From contig CAWIBP010000003.1 in NCBI GenBank assembly GCA_963834415.1, forward strand, positions 89,289 through 153,288: 64,000 nucleotides of DNA. The letters are read 5' to 3'. The notes below the pieces were generated by a model, which did not search any database, was not told where the DNA came from, and saw nothing but the letters and a program-made list of their open reading frames with translations. The stretch is from an uncultured Actinomycetes bacterium (GTDB lineage Bacteria; Actinomycetota; Thermoleophilia; Gaiellales; JALYLC01). Position numbers and translations under genes: made by a program. Positions 18,450 through 27,679 of this stretch are shown in pieces. Every line of letters begins with the position of its first letter. Positions within the stretch are counted from its first letter, which is position 1.

Positions 18450-21050
18450 CTACCCCGCCCGGCGCGCGACGACGGAGCCGCGCAGGCGCTCCTTCCGGGC
18501 ACCGCGCGCGCTGCCGGCGATCGTCACCGTGAGCGTTGCCCGGGTGACCTCGGCGAGCTGTTCCCGGGCGCGCGCCGTGAGCGCGATGCGGAGGTTCGCC
18601 GTGCCCGCGGAGGCCTTCCTCGTCAGGCGCCCGAGCGCGATCGTGCGCGTGCCGGACCCGGACGTCCTGGGAATGCTCGCGGCGAGCGTCGCGACGAGCC
18701 GCGTCGACTTGCCGGCGACGCGGAGCTTGACGGAGAGGCCCGAGCGCGCGACGCGGGCGAGCGAGACGCCCTTGCCGAGCTTGAGCTTCGAGATCGCCTT
18801 CGGCTTCGCCACCACGTAGCCGAGCGTCGCAGTCGAGGTCAGGCCGGCGCCGTTCGTGGCCGTCGCGGTCAGCGTGTGCTTCCCGAGGCGCGCGGAGAAG
18901 CCGGTCACGCTGCAGCCGATCACGCCGGAAGCGCTGTCGAAGGAGCGGCACGCGATCGCCTTCGCCTTCGGCAGCGTCCTGGGCGCATAGCTGCGCGCGC
19001 GGATCCCCAGCAACGCCGGTGCCGCCGGCGGCGTCGAGTCGCGCTTGATCGTGACGGGCACCGTCGTCGTGCCGCCGGCGCTCGTCGCGCTGCAGGTGAT
19101 CGGTACGACGCCGTCGCCCGGTGCCGTCGCGCCGCAGCCGACGGGGCTGATGATCGGCGACTCGCCGTCGCTGAGCGTCCACGTCACGCTCACGGCCCCG
19201 CGGTACCAGCCGTTCGTGCCATCGGGGGTGGCCGGGCTCACGGCCGCGGTCACGACCGGCGGCGTGCCGTCGAGCGCCATGCCGAGCGCACGGTCGGCGA
19301 GCAGGAAGCCGGAGCCGCAGTCGATGTCGGGATTGCCGGCGGCGGGACAGTCGAGCGCGTTGACCGGGTTCGTCATGATCGAGTAGAGCGTGTCGATGCT
19401 CATCTGCGGCTTGGCCGAGAGGATCAGCGCCGCGATCCCCGCGACGGCCGGCGCGGCGGCGCTCGTGCCGAAGAAGCTCGCGAAGTTGCGCACCGACGTG
19501 GCGACGCCGTCGGGACCCCCGACGTTCGGCTTCTGGCGCAGCTCCGGCGCCGGTAGCGGCGTGCCGGCAGCGTCGAGCAGCCGCATCACGGGGCCGCGCG
19601 AGCTGAAGGCCTCGGGCGTCGTCGGCGTGGAGTAGCGCGAGGCCGAGACGGTGAGCGCCCCGTTCGCGGAGGCCGCGTCCGGCGCGACCGCGCCCGACAC
19701 GACGGGATGCTCGATCGCGACCCTGGCGCCGCCGTTCGTGAACGCCGAGTACTTGAGGTAGGGAGCGCCCGCCCCGGAGACGCGCCGGATCGCGATCTTG
19801 ATCACCGTGTTGTCGCTCGGCACGGTGATGTCGCGCCACTCCTCGGGAATGCCCGTCGCCGTGTTGTTGGTGTCGATCGTGATCCACGGCGCCGTCGTGT
19901 TGTTGCGGTACACGTCGATCGCGAAGTCGTTGGCCGCCCGGCCCCACGGCTCGGCCCACTGCAGGACGAGCCGGAGCAGCTCGTTGCGATTGAAGGTGCC
20001 GACGGTCTGGATGGCATCGACGGCGGCGCCGGGATCGAAGTCCTGGTAGGTGCCGCCGTTCCAGCCGCCTTCCCAGCTCTGGCGGCCGTCGTTCCCCGCG
20101 GCGATGATGTACGCGACGCCCGCCGCCTTGGCGCGGTCGACGGCCTGGGAGATCACGCCGTCCTGGAAGAACGGCTCGGTCACGTAGGAGGTGTCGTCGG
20201 CGATCACGCGGACGCCGCGGGCGACGAGCGCGTCGATCGTGGCGGCCTTCGCGGCCGGGCCGCCGTCGGCCGTCGCGAAGACGATGCCGCTGATGCCGGG
20301 TGCCTCGTCGTAGATGATCTCGGCCATCGCCCGGCCCTCGTCGCGGCCGGCCGCGGAGTCGCCCAGGCTGACGACGTTCGCCGGCAGGTCGCCGGATGCC
20401 TGCGAGCCGGCGACGCCGGGCGAGACGCGATCGATCGAGTCCGAGATCACGCCGACGGAGATTCCCGCACCGTTCGGGCCGAAGAGCCGCGCCTGGGGGC
20501 CGCGGGTGGCGGCGTCGCCCTGCGACGTGACGGCGCCGGAGCTCGGATCCGTGAGCGCCGTCAGGATCGCTCGCGTCGACGCGAGCGCGGCGGCGGCCGG
20601 CAGCGCCTCGGCCGGCAGGTACCCTTCCACCATCCTCTGGGGCGCGCGCTCGCTGATCGCCGTCACCTGCATGCCGAGCGCGCGCAGGGCTCGGGCCGCG
20701 TCCGGGACGCTCCCGGTGACGTAGACGTCGACCGCGACGGATGCCTGGCCCGTGGTGGTCACACCCTGGCGGTCGGCGGCGTCCTCGGCCGCCGCGGCGC
20801 TGCCCGTCCCGAGGCGGCTCGCGGCGACGTCCTGAAGGTGGCCGTCGAGCTTGTGCAGGTAGGCGTAGCGCTGCGGCGTCTGCGCTGCACCGCGGCCGCC
20901 CACGTCCTGGACGAGCTCGGCCAGGATCGCGGCCGGGGCGGGCTCGGCCTCGCCGGCGGTTGCGGCCGCCGCGGCCGGCGCGAGCGCGAGCAGCGACAGC
21001 AGCAGCGCGGCTGCGACCGCACGCGCTCGAGTCCTGGGGGATCGGGGCAT
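18450..21050 (-). CDS. secreted S8-family peptidase-like protein with C-terminal Ig-like domains (Glu at the expected catalytic His position)
   Basis: Intact 866-aa ORF. Signal-like N-terminus MPRSPRTRARAVAAALLLSLLALAPAAAAA. Asp box ISVGVISDS, then GRDEGRAMAEIIYDEAPG, AAGNDGRQSWEGGW, and Ser box FFGTSAAAPAVAGIAALIL. C-terminal repeats include TNGWYRGAVSVTWTLSDG and KHTLTATATNGAGL. Confidence 0.85.
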   Translation of the reverse strand: MPRSPRTRARAVAAALLLSLLALAPAAAAATAGEAEPAPAAILAELVQDVGGRGAAQTPQRYAYLHKLDGHLQDVAASRLGTGSAAAAEDAADRQGVTTTGQASVAVDVYVTGSVPDAARALRALGMQVTAISERAPQRMVEGYLPAEALPAAAALASTRAILTALTDPSSGAVTSQGDAATRGPQARLFGPNGAGISVGVISDSIDRVSPGVAGSQASGDLPANVVSLGDSAAGRDEGRAMAEIIYDEAPGISGIVFATADGGPAAKAATIDALVARGVRVIADDTSYVTEPFFQDGVISQAVDRAKAAGVAYIIAAGNDGRQSWEGGWNGGTYQDFDPGAAVDAIQTVGTFNRNELLRLVLQWAEPWGRAANDFAIDVYRNNTTAPWITIDTNNTATGIPEEWRDITVPSDNTVIKIAIRRVSGAGAPYLKYSAFTNGGARVAIEHPVVSGAVAPDAASANGALTVSASRYSTPTTPEAFSSRGPVMRLLDAAGTPLPAPELRQKPNVGGPDGVATSVRNFASFFGTSAAAPAVAGIAALILSAKPQMSIDTLYSIMTNPVNALDCPAAGNPDIDCGSGFLLADRALGMALDGTPPVVTAAVSPATPDGTNGWYRGAVSVTWTLSDGESPIISPVGCGATAPGDGVVPITCSATSAGGTTTVPVTIKRDSTPPAAPALLGIRARSYAPRTLPKAKAIACRSFDSASGVIGCSVTGFSARLGKHTLTATATNGAGLTSTATLGYVVAKPKAISKLKLGKGVSLARVARSGLSVKLRVAGKSTRLVATLAASIPRTSGSGTRTIALGRLTRKASAGTANLRIALTARAREQLAEVTRATLTVTIAGSARGARKERLRGSVVARRAG

Positions 21051-21077
21051 TGCGGGTGCGGGAGGCGAGCCCTGCGG

Positions 21078-21626
21078 CTACGCCGCCAGCTGTCCTTCGT
21101 CCCCGGGCGCGTCGAGCTCCGCCTGATGCTCGGCGGCGACGGGCAGGACCGCCGGCTCGTCGGCGACCTGAGCGCGCAGGATCGTCACGCCGGCGCGGGT
21201 CCTCGGCGGGACGTCCTCCACCCTGGCGGCGAGGCTCGCAGCTGCGGGCTCGCCATGGGGTGCGCGGAGCACGGCCGCGGCCAGGCTCGCGAGCCCGGCC
21301 TCCGGGGTCTCGTGGAACGGCATGATCATCTGGATGTTCGCGATCTCGAGCGTCCGCCGGACGGCGTTCGCCTCGGACGGGACGACCAGCTCGAGCGTCC
21401 CGCCGGCCTGGTGCGTGCGCTTCGACGCGAGCAGCAGCGAGGTGATGACCGAGGAGTCGATGAACGTGCAGCCCGTGAGGTCGACGAGCACGCGCGGATA
21501 GCCGCGTGCCGCGGCGAGCGCGAGGCTGACGGCCTCGCGCGAGCTGACGTCGTGCTCGCCCCGGAGCGTGACGATGCAGGCGGCCGCCGAGTGGATCTTG
21601 ATCTCGACGCAGTTGTGCGCTGCCAC
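21078..21626 (-). CDS. STAS-domain protein with C-terminal extension, paralogue 2
   Basis: GTG at 21626 with AGGGGGA 4-5 nt upstream; the ORF track starts at 21665. Reads VAAHNCVEIKIHSAAACIVTLRGEHDVSSREAV...VLVDLTGCTFIDSSVITSLL...GTLELVVPSEANAVRRTLEIANIQMIMPFHET...GVTILRAQ. It is collinear with 17725..18279. Confidence 0.7.
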   Translation of the reverse strand: MAAHNCVEIKIHSAAACIVTLRGEHDVSSREAVSLALAAARGYPRVLVDLTGCTFIDSSVITSLLLASKRTHQAGGTLELVVPSEANAVRRTLEIANIQMIMPFHETPEAGLASLAAAVLRAPHGEPAAASLAARVEDVPPRTRAGVTILRAQVADEPAVLPVAAEHQAELDAPGDEGQLAA

Positions 21627-22000
21627 GTGTCCCCCTGCTCGAATGCTCTCCGCGCACGTCGGCATCGCGTAGCCGTGAGCGGATTGGTCTGGCGGCGTTG
21701 CTCCCGCGGGCGGGAGACGGGCGGCGCGCTCCTCTGAGGGTTCGGGGAGGTGGCGCTATCCGGTGTATCGCTGCGCCGGAGTGATCGCGAGATCCCCCGC
21801 TCGGGTCAAATCGAATGTGATCTACGTGCGCGGCCTCGGCTCCCGGTCCGCGGGAGGCCGCCCAGTGACTCGTCCGGGCCCCCGCGCCTCCCTGTCTGGA
21901 GGGAAGCGCGGGCCGCCCGCTCAGCGGCCGGGCGTCACGCCGTCGTGCCGAGCAGCACGCTCGGGCCGCCTCGGGGCACGCCCGAAGCGAGGACGTGCCG

Positions 22001-22879
22001 TCAGCCGGCGGGGGCCGGGCGGCGGCCCTCGATGCTGAGGCCCGCGACGCTCGCGACGATCAGCGCGCCGCCGATCAGCTGCACGGCCGTGAGCGACTCG
22101 CCGAGCACGACGTAGGCGAGCAGCACCGTGACGAGCGGCTCGGCCGTCGAGAGCAGCCCCGCGACCGAGGCGCCCACCCGCTTCACGCCCGTGTAGAAGC
22201 AGGCGACGGGGAAGGCCGCCGAGATGAAGACGCCCGCGAGCGCCCAGCCCCAGGCGGGCAGCGAGACGTCGAACTCGGGTGCGCGAGCGGGCAGCAGCAG
22301 GATCAGCAGGATCCCGGGGCTCGTGAACATCAGCGACGAGAGCACGATCGGCGAGATCCCGTCGGTCGTCATCAGGCGCTGGCTCGAGAGCACCGAGCCC
22401 GTGACGCTGACCGCGGCGACGAGGCCGAGCAGGATGCCCGCGGCGTTCGCGGAGTCCGGGACGCCGACGATCAGCGCCACGCCGCCCAGCGCGATCAGCA
22501 GGATCACGCCGCGCCGGGCGCTCAGCTGCTCGCGGTAGATCAGCGCCGCGCCGACCGCCACCATCAGCGGGTAGGCGAAGTACAGCAGCGACACGAGCGC
22601 GATCGGCGCGCGCTGATAGCCCTCGAACAGGCCGACGCCGACGCCGAGCTGGAAGACGCCGAGCGAGGCGGCGATCAGCGCCAACCGCCGTCCGGGCCAG
22701 TGCTCCCCCATCGCCACCGCGACGATGGCCAGCAGCGGGCCCGTGATCACGAAGCGCAGGAAGAGCAGCGTCCACGGTGTGCCGCCGTCGTCGTAGAAGC
22801 GGCTCGAGAAGACCCCGAGGGTGCCGAAGCACGTGCTCGCGAGCAGCACAAGGAGAAACCCGCTCGTCGCCGCTCGCAT
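22001..22879 (-). CDS. EamA/DMT-superfamily transporter
   Basis: Intact 292-aa ORF with ten hydrophobic segments and two EamA-like halves. Confidence 0.85.
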   Translation of the reverse strand: MRAATSGFLLVLLASTCFGTLGVFSSRFYDDGGTPWTLLFLRFVITGPLLAIVAVAMGEHWPGRRLALIAASLGVFQLGVGVGLFEGYQRAPIALVSLLYFAYPLMVAVGAALIYREQLSARRGVILLIALGGVALIVGVPDSANAAGILLGLVAAVSVTGSVLSSQRLMTTDGISPIVLSSLMFTSPGILLILLLPARAPEFDVSLPAWGWALAGVFISAAFPVACFYTGVKRVGASVAGLLSTAEPLVTVLLAYVVLGESLTAVQLIGGALIVASVAGLSIEGRRPAPAG

Positions 22880-22936
22880 CGGGCGGGATCATAGGGATCG
22901 GCCGGTCGCGACGGGCCCGCGGACTCCGCGAGCGCC

Positions 22937-23727
22937 GTGCGCCCGCAGGTTCACCTGGGCTCGGGGCCATGGCGGACGCCGGGCGCGGACATCACCGGGC
23001 GCTTCCTCGCCGACGCCGGCATCGGCGAGGGCATGCACGTGCTCGACGTCGGCTGCGGCCACGGCGACGTCGCGCTGCTCGTCGAGCGATCTGGTCGGCA
23101 AGGCGGGCTACGTCGTCGGCGTCGACGCCGACGGCGGCGCGATCACGGCCGCGCGCGAGCGGGTGCACGGCTCGGCGTGAGCAACGTCGCCTTCGAGCAG
23201 GGCGACCTGCTCGCGCTCCCGGCCTCCGGCAGCTTCGATGCCGCGGTCGGCCGGCGCGTGCTGATGTACCAGCCCGGGCCTCCGAGGCAGTGCGCCGGAT
23301 CGCCGCAGCGGTGCGGCCCGGCGGGCTCGTGGCCTTTCAGGAGCACGACTCGTCGATGGCGCCGATCTCGCTCGCGCCGCTCCCGCTGCACGGCCGAGTA
23401 CGCCGCTGGATCTGGCTGACGGTCGAGCGCAAGGGCGCGAACGTGCGGATGGGGATCGGCCTCCCCGCTGCGCTCGAGGCGGCGGGACTGCTCGTCGAGG
23501 GCGTGCACGCCGAGGCGATCGTCGAGACGCCGCACACGCCCCAGCCGCTCGCGGCGATCGTCGCCGCGATGCTGCCGCGGATCATCGCCCGCGGCGTCGC
23601 AGCGGAGGCCGAGATCGGCATCGAGACGCTGGCGGCGCGGCTCGACGAGGAGCGCCTGGAGGCGGCTACGACGGCGCTCGGCGAGCTCGTCTTCTGCGCC
23701 TGGGCGCGCACGCCCGGGGGCGGCTAG
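22937..23727 (+). CDS. class I SAM-dependent methyltransferase (about three frame breaks, 23090-23280; 5' end uncertain)
   Basis: Motif I MHVLDVGCGHGDVALLV. Other frames give VGKAGYVVGVDADGGAITAARERV, VSNVAFEQGDLLALPASGSFDAAVGRRVLMY and EAVRRIAAAVRPGGLVAFQEHD, followed by the C-terminal domain up to TAG at 23725-23727. Confidence 0.6.
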
Positions 23728-23820
23728 ACCCGCCGACGGCGGCGCGGGGCACCGGCTAGGTGCGAACAGGTCGCAGTTAGGTATAACTCGTCCGACAGTC
23801 CGCGGCCGAGAAGGGGCGAC

Positions 23821-24508
23821 GTGCACATTCCCGACGGGTTCCTGAGCGATGAGGTCGCCGCCGCCTGCTGGGTGCCCACCGTCGCCGTCGTCGCCGTCGC
23901 CGTGCGCAGGGCCGAGCGCAGCCTCGACGAGCGGCGCGTGCCGCTGCTCGGCGTGACCGCTGCCTTCATCTTCGCGGCTGCAGATGCTCAACTTCCCGGT
24001 CGCCGGCGGCACGAGCGGCCACCTGCTCGGCGCCGCCCTGGCGGCGGTCCTGCTCGGCCCCTGGCTCGCCTGCCTCGTGCTGACGGTGGTGCTCGCCGCG
24101 CAGGCGTTCGTGTTCGCCGACGGCGGCATCACCGCGCTCGGCGCGAACGTCCTCAACATGGGCCTGCTCGGCGCTCTCGGCGTCGGCTTCGGCATGCTCG
24201 CTCGCACGCCGCGTCCTGCCGCAGACGCCGGCCGCGCTGCTCGCGCGTGACCGCCGTCGGCTCGCTGGCTCGCGGTCATGCTCGGCGCCACGGCCACCTC
24301 GCTCGAGCTCGCGCTCTCCGGCACCGTGCCGCTGACGACGGTGCTGACCGGCGATGCTCGGCGTGCACGCGCTGATCGGCATCGGCGAGGCGGTCGTCAC
24401 CGTCGCCGCGGTCAGCGCGGTGCTCGCCTCGCGGCCCGACCTGATCTGGGCGCGCGAGTCGCGCCTACGACTTCGACGATCGCGGCCTGCGAGCCGTCGG
24501 GAGTCTGA
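23821..24508 (+). CDS. cbiM: ECF transporter substrate-capture subunit CbiM (cobalt/nickel type; about three frame breaks)
   Basis: GTG start after GAAGGGG. Reads [12 protein letters not shown]...[12 protein letters not shown] / [33 protein letters not shown]...[17 protein letters not shown] / ...[24 protein letters not shown]. The 3' end is inferred. Confidence 0.75.
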
Positions 24509-24510
24509 CG

Positions 24511-24857
24511 ATGCGCCTCTCCACCAGGCTGTTCGTCGTCCTCGCGCTCGCCCTCGCGGTCGGCCTCGCGACCGCCGTCTCGCCGTACGCCTCGTCGCAC
24601 CCGGACGGGCTGGAGAAGGTGGCCGGCGACGAGGGCTTCGTCGAGCAGGGCACGCTGCACGCGATCCAGGACGACTCCCCGATCGCGGACTACGCGTTCC
24701 CGGGCATCGGCAACGAGCGCCTCGCGACCGGCGTGGCGGGCTTCGTCGGCACGCTCGGCGTCTTCGCCGTCGGCTTCGGGCTGGCGTTCGTGCTGCTGCG
24801 CCGCGCCGCGACGACCGGCTCGACGGCGGTCGGCGCCGCCGTGGGCGGGCGCTGTAG
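24511..24857 (+). CDS. PDGLE-domain small membrane protein (CbiN-position component)
   Basis: ATG after GGGAG. Reads MRLSTRLFVVLALALAVGLATAVSPYASSHPDGLEKVAGDEGF...GVAGFVGTLGVFAVGFGLAFVLL. As given, the frame runs on into cbiQ (ORF 24511..25614). The stop used here is in an alternate frame, so the 3' end is uncertain. Confidence 0.5.
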
Positions 24858-25614
24858 CTCCTCGCTCGAGCTCGTCGGGCGTCGCCGGCGATCCGTCGAG
24901 CCGCGTCCACCGGCTCGATCCGCGCGCGAAGCTCGTCGGCCTCGTCGGCCTGACGGTCGTCGCCGTGACGACGCCGATCGCCGCCTGGCCCGTGTGGGTC
25001 GCGTGCGCGCTGGTGCTCGCTGCGGTGGCGGCGGCGGCACGGATCTCGCCGCGCACGGTCTGGCGGCGCGCGCGGCTCGTCCTGCCCGCTCGTGCTGTTC
25101 GTCGGCGCCTTCGTGCCCTTCGCGCGCGCCGGCGAGGTCGTGGCCTCGCTCGGGCCGTTCGACATCTCGCGCGAGGGCATCGAGGTGTGGGTCGCGGCGT
25201 CGGTCAAGGCCGACGATCGGCACGGTCTCGGCCGTGCTCCTGGGCGCCACGACCGCCTACCCGCAGGTGCTGCGCGCGCTCGAGGCGCTGCGCGTGCCGC
25301 GCACGCTGACGCTGATCGCGGCCTTCATGTACCGCTACCTGTTCGTGATCGTCGACGAGGTGCGCGCATGCGCGCCGCACGCGACGCCCGCGGCTACCGC
25401 CCGCGCACGCTGCTCGGCGCCGGCACCGTCGGGCGCTGGCCAGCGCGCTCTTCCTGCGCACGCACGCGCGCGGCGAGCGCGTCTACCTGGCCATGCTCTC
25501 GCGCGGCTACGACGGGCGCATGCCGCACCTCGTGCCGCTGACCTTCCGCCTCGCCGACGCCGCCTTCGTCGCGGCCTGGTGCTCGCGCTGCTGCCCCTGC
25601 GGGTGCTCGCGTGA
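24841..25614 (+). CDS. cbiQ: ECF transporter transmembrane (T) component CbiQ (several frame breaks)
   Basis: Fragments: VHRLDPRAKLVGLVGLTVVAVTTPIAAWPVWV; LVLFVGAFVPFARAGEVV; ATIGTVSAVLLGATTAYPQVLRALEALRVPRTLTLIAAFMYRYLFVIVDEV; ARGYRPRTL...ALFLRTHARGERVYLAMLSRGY. The start is approximate. Confidence 0.65.
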   Translation: MGGRCSSSLELVGRRRRSVEPRPPARSAREARRPRRPDGRRRDDADRRLARVGRVRAGARCGGGGGTDLAAHGLAARAARPARSCCSSAPSCPSRAPARSWPRSGRSTSRARASRCGSRRRSRPTIGTVSAVLLGATTAYPQVLRALEALRVPRTLTLIAAFMYRYLFVIVDEVRACAPHATPAATARARCSAPAPSGAGQRALPAHARARRARLPGHALARLRRAHAAPRAADLPPRRRRLRRGLVLALLPLRVLA

Positions 25615-26413
25615 CCTGCGCCATCCACGCGCGCGGCGTCGCTACCGCTACCCCAACGGGCAGCTCGCGCTCGACGGCGTCGACCTGCACGTGCCGCACG
25701 GCCAGCGGCTCGCGGTGCTCGGCCCGAACGGCGCCGGCAAGACCACGCTGATGCTGCACCTCAACGGCCTGCTGCTGGGCGAGGGCGAGCTGGAGGTGGC
25801 GGGCGTCCGCGTCGGCGCGCAGCACGCTGCGCGACGTGCGCGGCCTCGTCGGCCTGGTCTTCCAGGATCCCGACGACCAGCTGTTCATGCCGACCGTGCG
25901 CGAGGACGTCGCGTTCGGGCCGCTCAACATGGGTCTCGAGCGCGACGACGTCGAGCGCGCGCGTCGCCGCCGCGCTCGCGGCGGTGCGCATGGGCGACGT
26001 CGTCGACCGGGCGCCGCACGAGCTCTCGCTGGGGCAGCGCCGGCGCGTGGCGATCGCCACCGTCCTCGCCATGGAGCCCGCGCTGCTCGTGCTCGACGAG
26101 CCGTCCGCCAACCTCGACCCGCGCTCGCGCCGCGAGCTGCTCGAGGTGCTCGAGACGATCGAGCGCACGCTGGTGGTCGTCACCCACGACCTGCCGTTCG
26201 CGGCCGAGCTGTGCGAGCGCGCCGTGATCCTCGCCCGCGGCCGCATCGTCGCCGACGGCGCCTGCCACGAGCGTGCTCGCCGACACCGCGCTGCTGGCGG
26301 CGCACGACCTGGAGCTGCCGGCCGGCTTCGTGCTCTCGCGCATCGCTCCGCGCGGCCGCCCCGGGCAGCCCCCGGCCGTGCTCCCGGCGGACAGCGCCGC
26401 CGTTCTCGACTAG
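25611..26413 (+). CDS. cbiO: ECF transporter ATPase CbiO (about three frame breaks)
   Basis: GTGA overlap with the cbiQ stop. Walker [13 protein letters not shown]-loop [10 protein letters not shown], signature [13 protein letters not shown], Walker [14 protein letters not shown]-loop VVVTHDL. TAG at 26411-26413. Confidence 0.8.
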
Positions 26414-26425
26414 AGTGGGGTCACC

Positions 26426-26546
26426 GAAGGGCAGTATCCCCGAACGGGTGTCATCGTCAATCCGGCCTCCACGGGCCCGGTGGCACCGGTCGCAAGAGCG
26501 GCGGGAGAGACCTTCGTCGACCGGCAAACGGCCTGACGAAGGAATG
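26426..26546 (+). promoter_or_regulatory. candidate yybP-ykoY (Mn2+) type riboswitch leader with RBS-sequestering hairpin, upstream of the TerC gene
   Basis: GAAGG (26426-26430) can pair with CCUUC (26511-26515). The enclosed sequence GCAGUAUC...GUCAAUCCGG...CCGGUC...GCAAGAG...GAGAGACC resembles, from memory, the GGAGUAGC / GUCAAUUCG...CCGGC / AGCAAGACC blocks of known members. Alternatively, CCUUCGUC (26511-26518) pairs with GACGAAGG (26535-26542), which contains the GAAGGA RBS 7 nt before ATG 26551. Confidence 0.45.
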
Positions 26547-26550
26547 CTGC

Positions 26551-27528
26551 ATGGAACTCGAGATCTGGATGTGGGGCGCGTTCGGCGCGTTCGTCGTTGC
26601 GATGCTCGTCGTCGACCTCCTCGGCTTCGGGCGCGGAGGCGAGATCTCGCTGCGCCGTGCGGTCGGCTGGAGCATCGGCTGGACCGCGCTCGGCCTGATT
26701 TTCGGCGGCTTCCTGTGGGCGTGGCAGGGCGGCGCCGTCGCCGAGCAGTACCTGGCGGGCTTCCTGATCGAGAAGTCGCTCTCGGTCGACAACCTGTTCG
26801 TCTTCGCGCTGATCTTCAGCTTCTTCGGGATCCCCGCCGCCGAGCAGCGGCGGGTGATCTTCTGGGGCATCGTCGGCGCGATCGTCCTGCGCGGGATCTT
26901 CATCCTCGCGGGCAGCATCCTGCTCGACACCTTCCACTACACGATCTACCTGTTCGGGGCATTCCTGGTGCTCACCGGCATCCGCATGGCACGGCATTCC
27001 GCGGTCGCCATCCACCCGGAGAGGAACCCGGTGCTGCGGGTGCTCGGCCGCATCCTGCCCATGACCACCGAGCACCACGGCGATCGCCTGACCGTGCGCG
27101 AGGGCGGCCGGCGCCTCGCGACGCCGATGCTGGGCGCCCTGATCCTCGTGGCGACCTTCGACGCCGTCTTCGCCGTCGACTCGATCCCCGCGATCTTCGC
27201 GGTCACGCGCGACACGTTCATCGTCTACGCGGCCAACGCGTTCTCGCTGCTCGGCCTCGCGGCGCTCTACTTCGTGCTCGCGGGGATGGCCGGTCGCTTC
27301 CGCTACCTCAATGTCGGGCTGGCCGCCGTGCTGATCTTCGTCGGTGCCAAGATGGCGCTGGTCGACCTCTACAAGGTGCCGGCCTTCACCTCTCTGGCGG
27401 TCATCGCCCTGCTGCTCGCCGGGGCCATCGGGGCGTCGCTCCTCCACCCCGCGCCGGTGCCGGTGGCAGATGCGCACCCGGCGCCCGAGAAGCTCGCTCC
27501 CGAGTCCGAGCGCGAGCCCGTGGGCTGA
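26551..27528 (+). CDS. TerC/Alx-family integral membrane protein (putative Mn/redox-related exporter)
   Basis: Intact 325-aa reading from ATG 26551. Reads [26 protein letters not shown] and [37 protein letters not shown], the duplicated TerC motifs. Confidence 0.9.
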   Translation: MELEIWMWGAFGAFVVAMLVVDLLGFGRGGEISLRRAVGWSIGWTALGLIFGGFLWAWQGGAVAEQYLAGFLIEKSLSVDNLFVFALIFSFFGIPAAEQRRVIFWGIVGAIVLRGIFILAGSILLDTFHYTIYLFGAFLVLTGIRMARHSAVAIHPERNPVLRVLGRILPMTTEHHGDRLTVREGGRRLATPMLGALILVATFDAVFAVDSIPAIFAVTRDTFIVYAANAFSLLGLAALYFVLAGMAGRFRYLNVGLAAVLIFVGAKMALVDLYKVPAFTSLAVIALLLAGAIGASLLHPAPVPVADAHPAPEKLAPESEREPVG

Positions 27529-27679
27529 GCCGGCCGCGCAGGTCGAGTCTCAGGCCGAGCACCGTCCGATCCGGATTCTCGACGCCCCTGATCACGTCAC
27601 GAGCGGGCATGCACGATACGTCGCGGCGTCGAGCTCGCAGCCGCGCCCGCTCCGCGGCCCGCACCCGTAGGCTCTCACG

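Noticed and set aside
17725-21657. A 1310-aa minus-strand ORF spanning the whole STAS/S8/STAS region.
   Set aside because: Only its last 184 codons (17725-18279) give a sensible protein. The rest is an Arg/Gly/Pro-rich out-of-frame read-through of the 866-aa peptidase gene (frame offset 1), as expected in stop-poor GC-rich DNA.
21881-21912. An imperfect hairpin CCCGCGC...GCGCGGG downstream of the EamA gene, considered as a terminator.
   Set aside because: It has a 7-bp outer stem with a bulged interior and no U-tract. It is not distinguishable from chance structure in DNA of this GC content.
23728-23820. A possible cobalamin (or Ni/Co) riboswitch upstream of cbiM.
   Set aside because: The spacer is only about 90 nt. 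I found no B12-box-like element and no convincing multi-stem structure, only an AT-richer TAGGTATAACT patch and a GAAGGGG RBS. It is too weak to call even a promoter.
24511-25614. A 367-aa ORF that looks like a PDGLE-CbiQ fusion.
   Set aside because: It contains the PDGLE protein at its start and genuine CbiQ segments only in patches. Other CbiQ segments lie in the other two frames, so the continuity is an accident of frame breaks.
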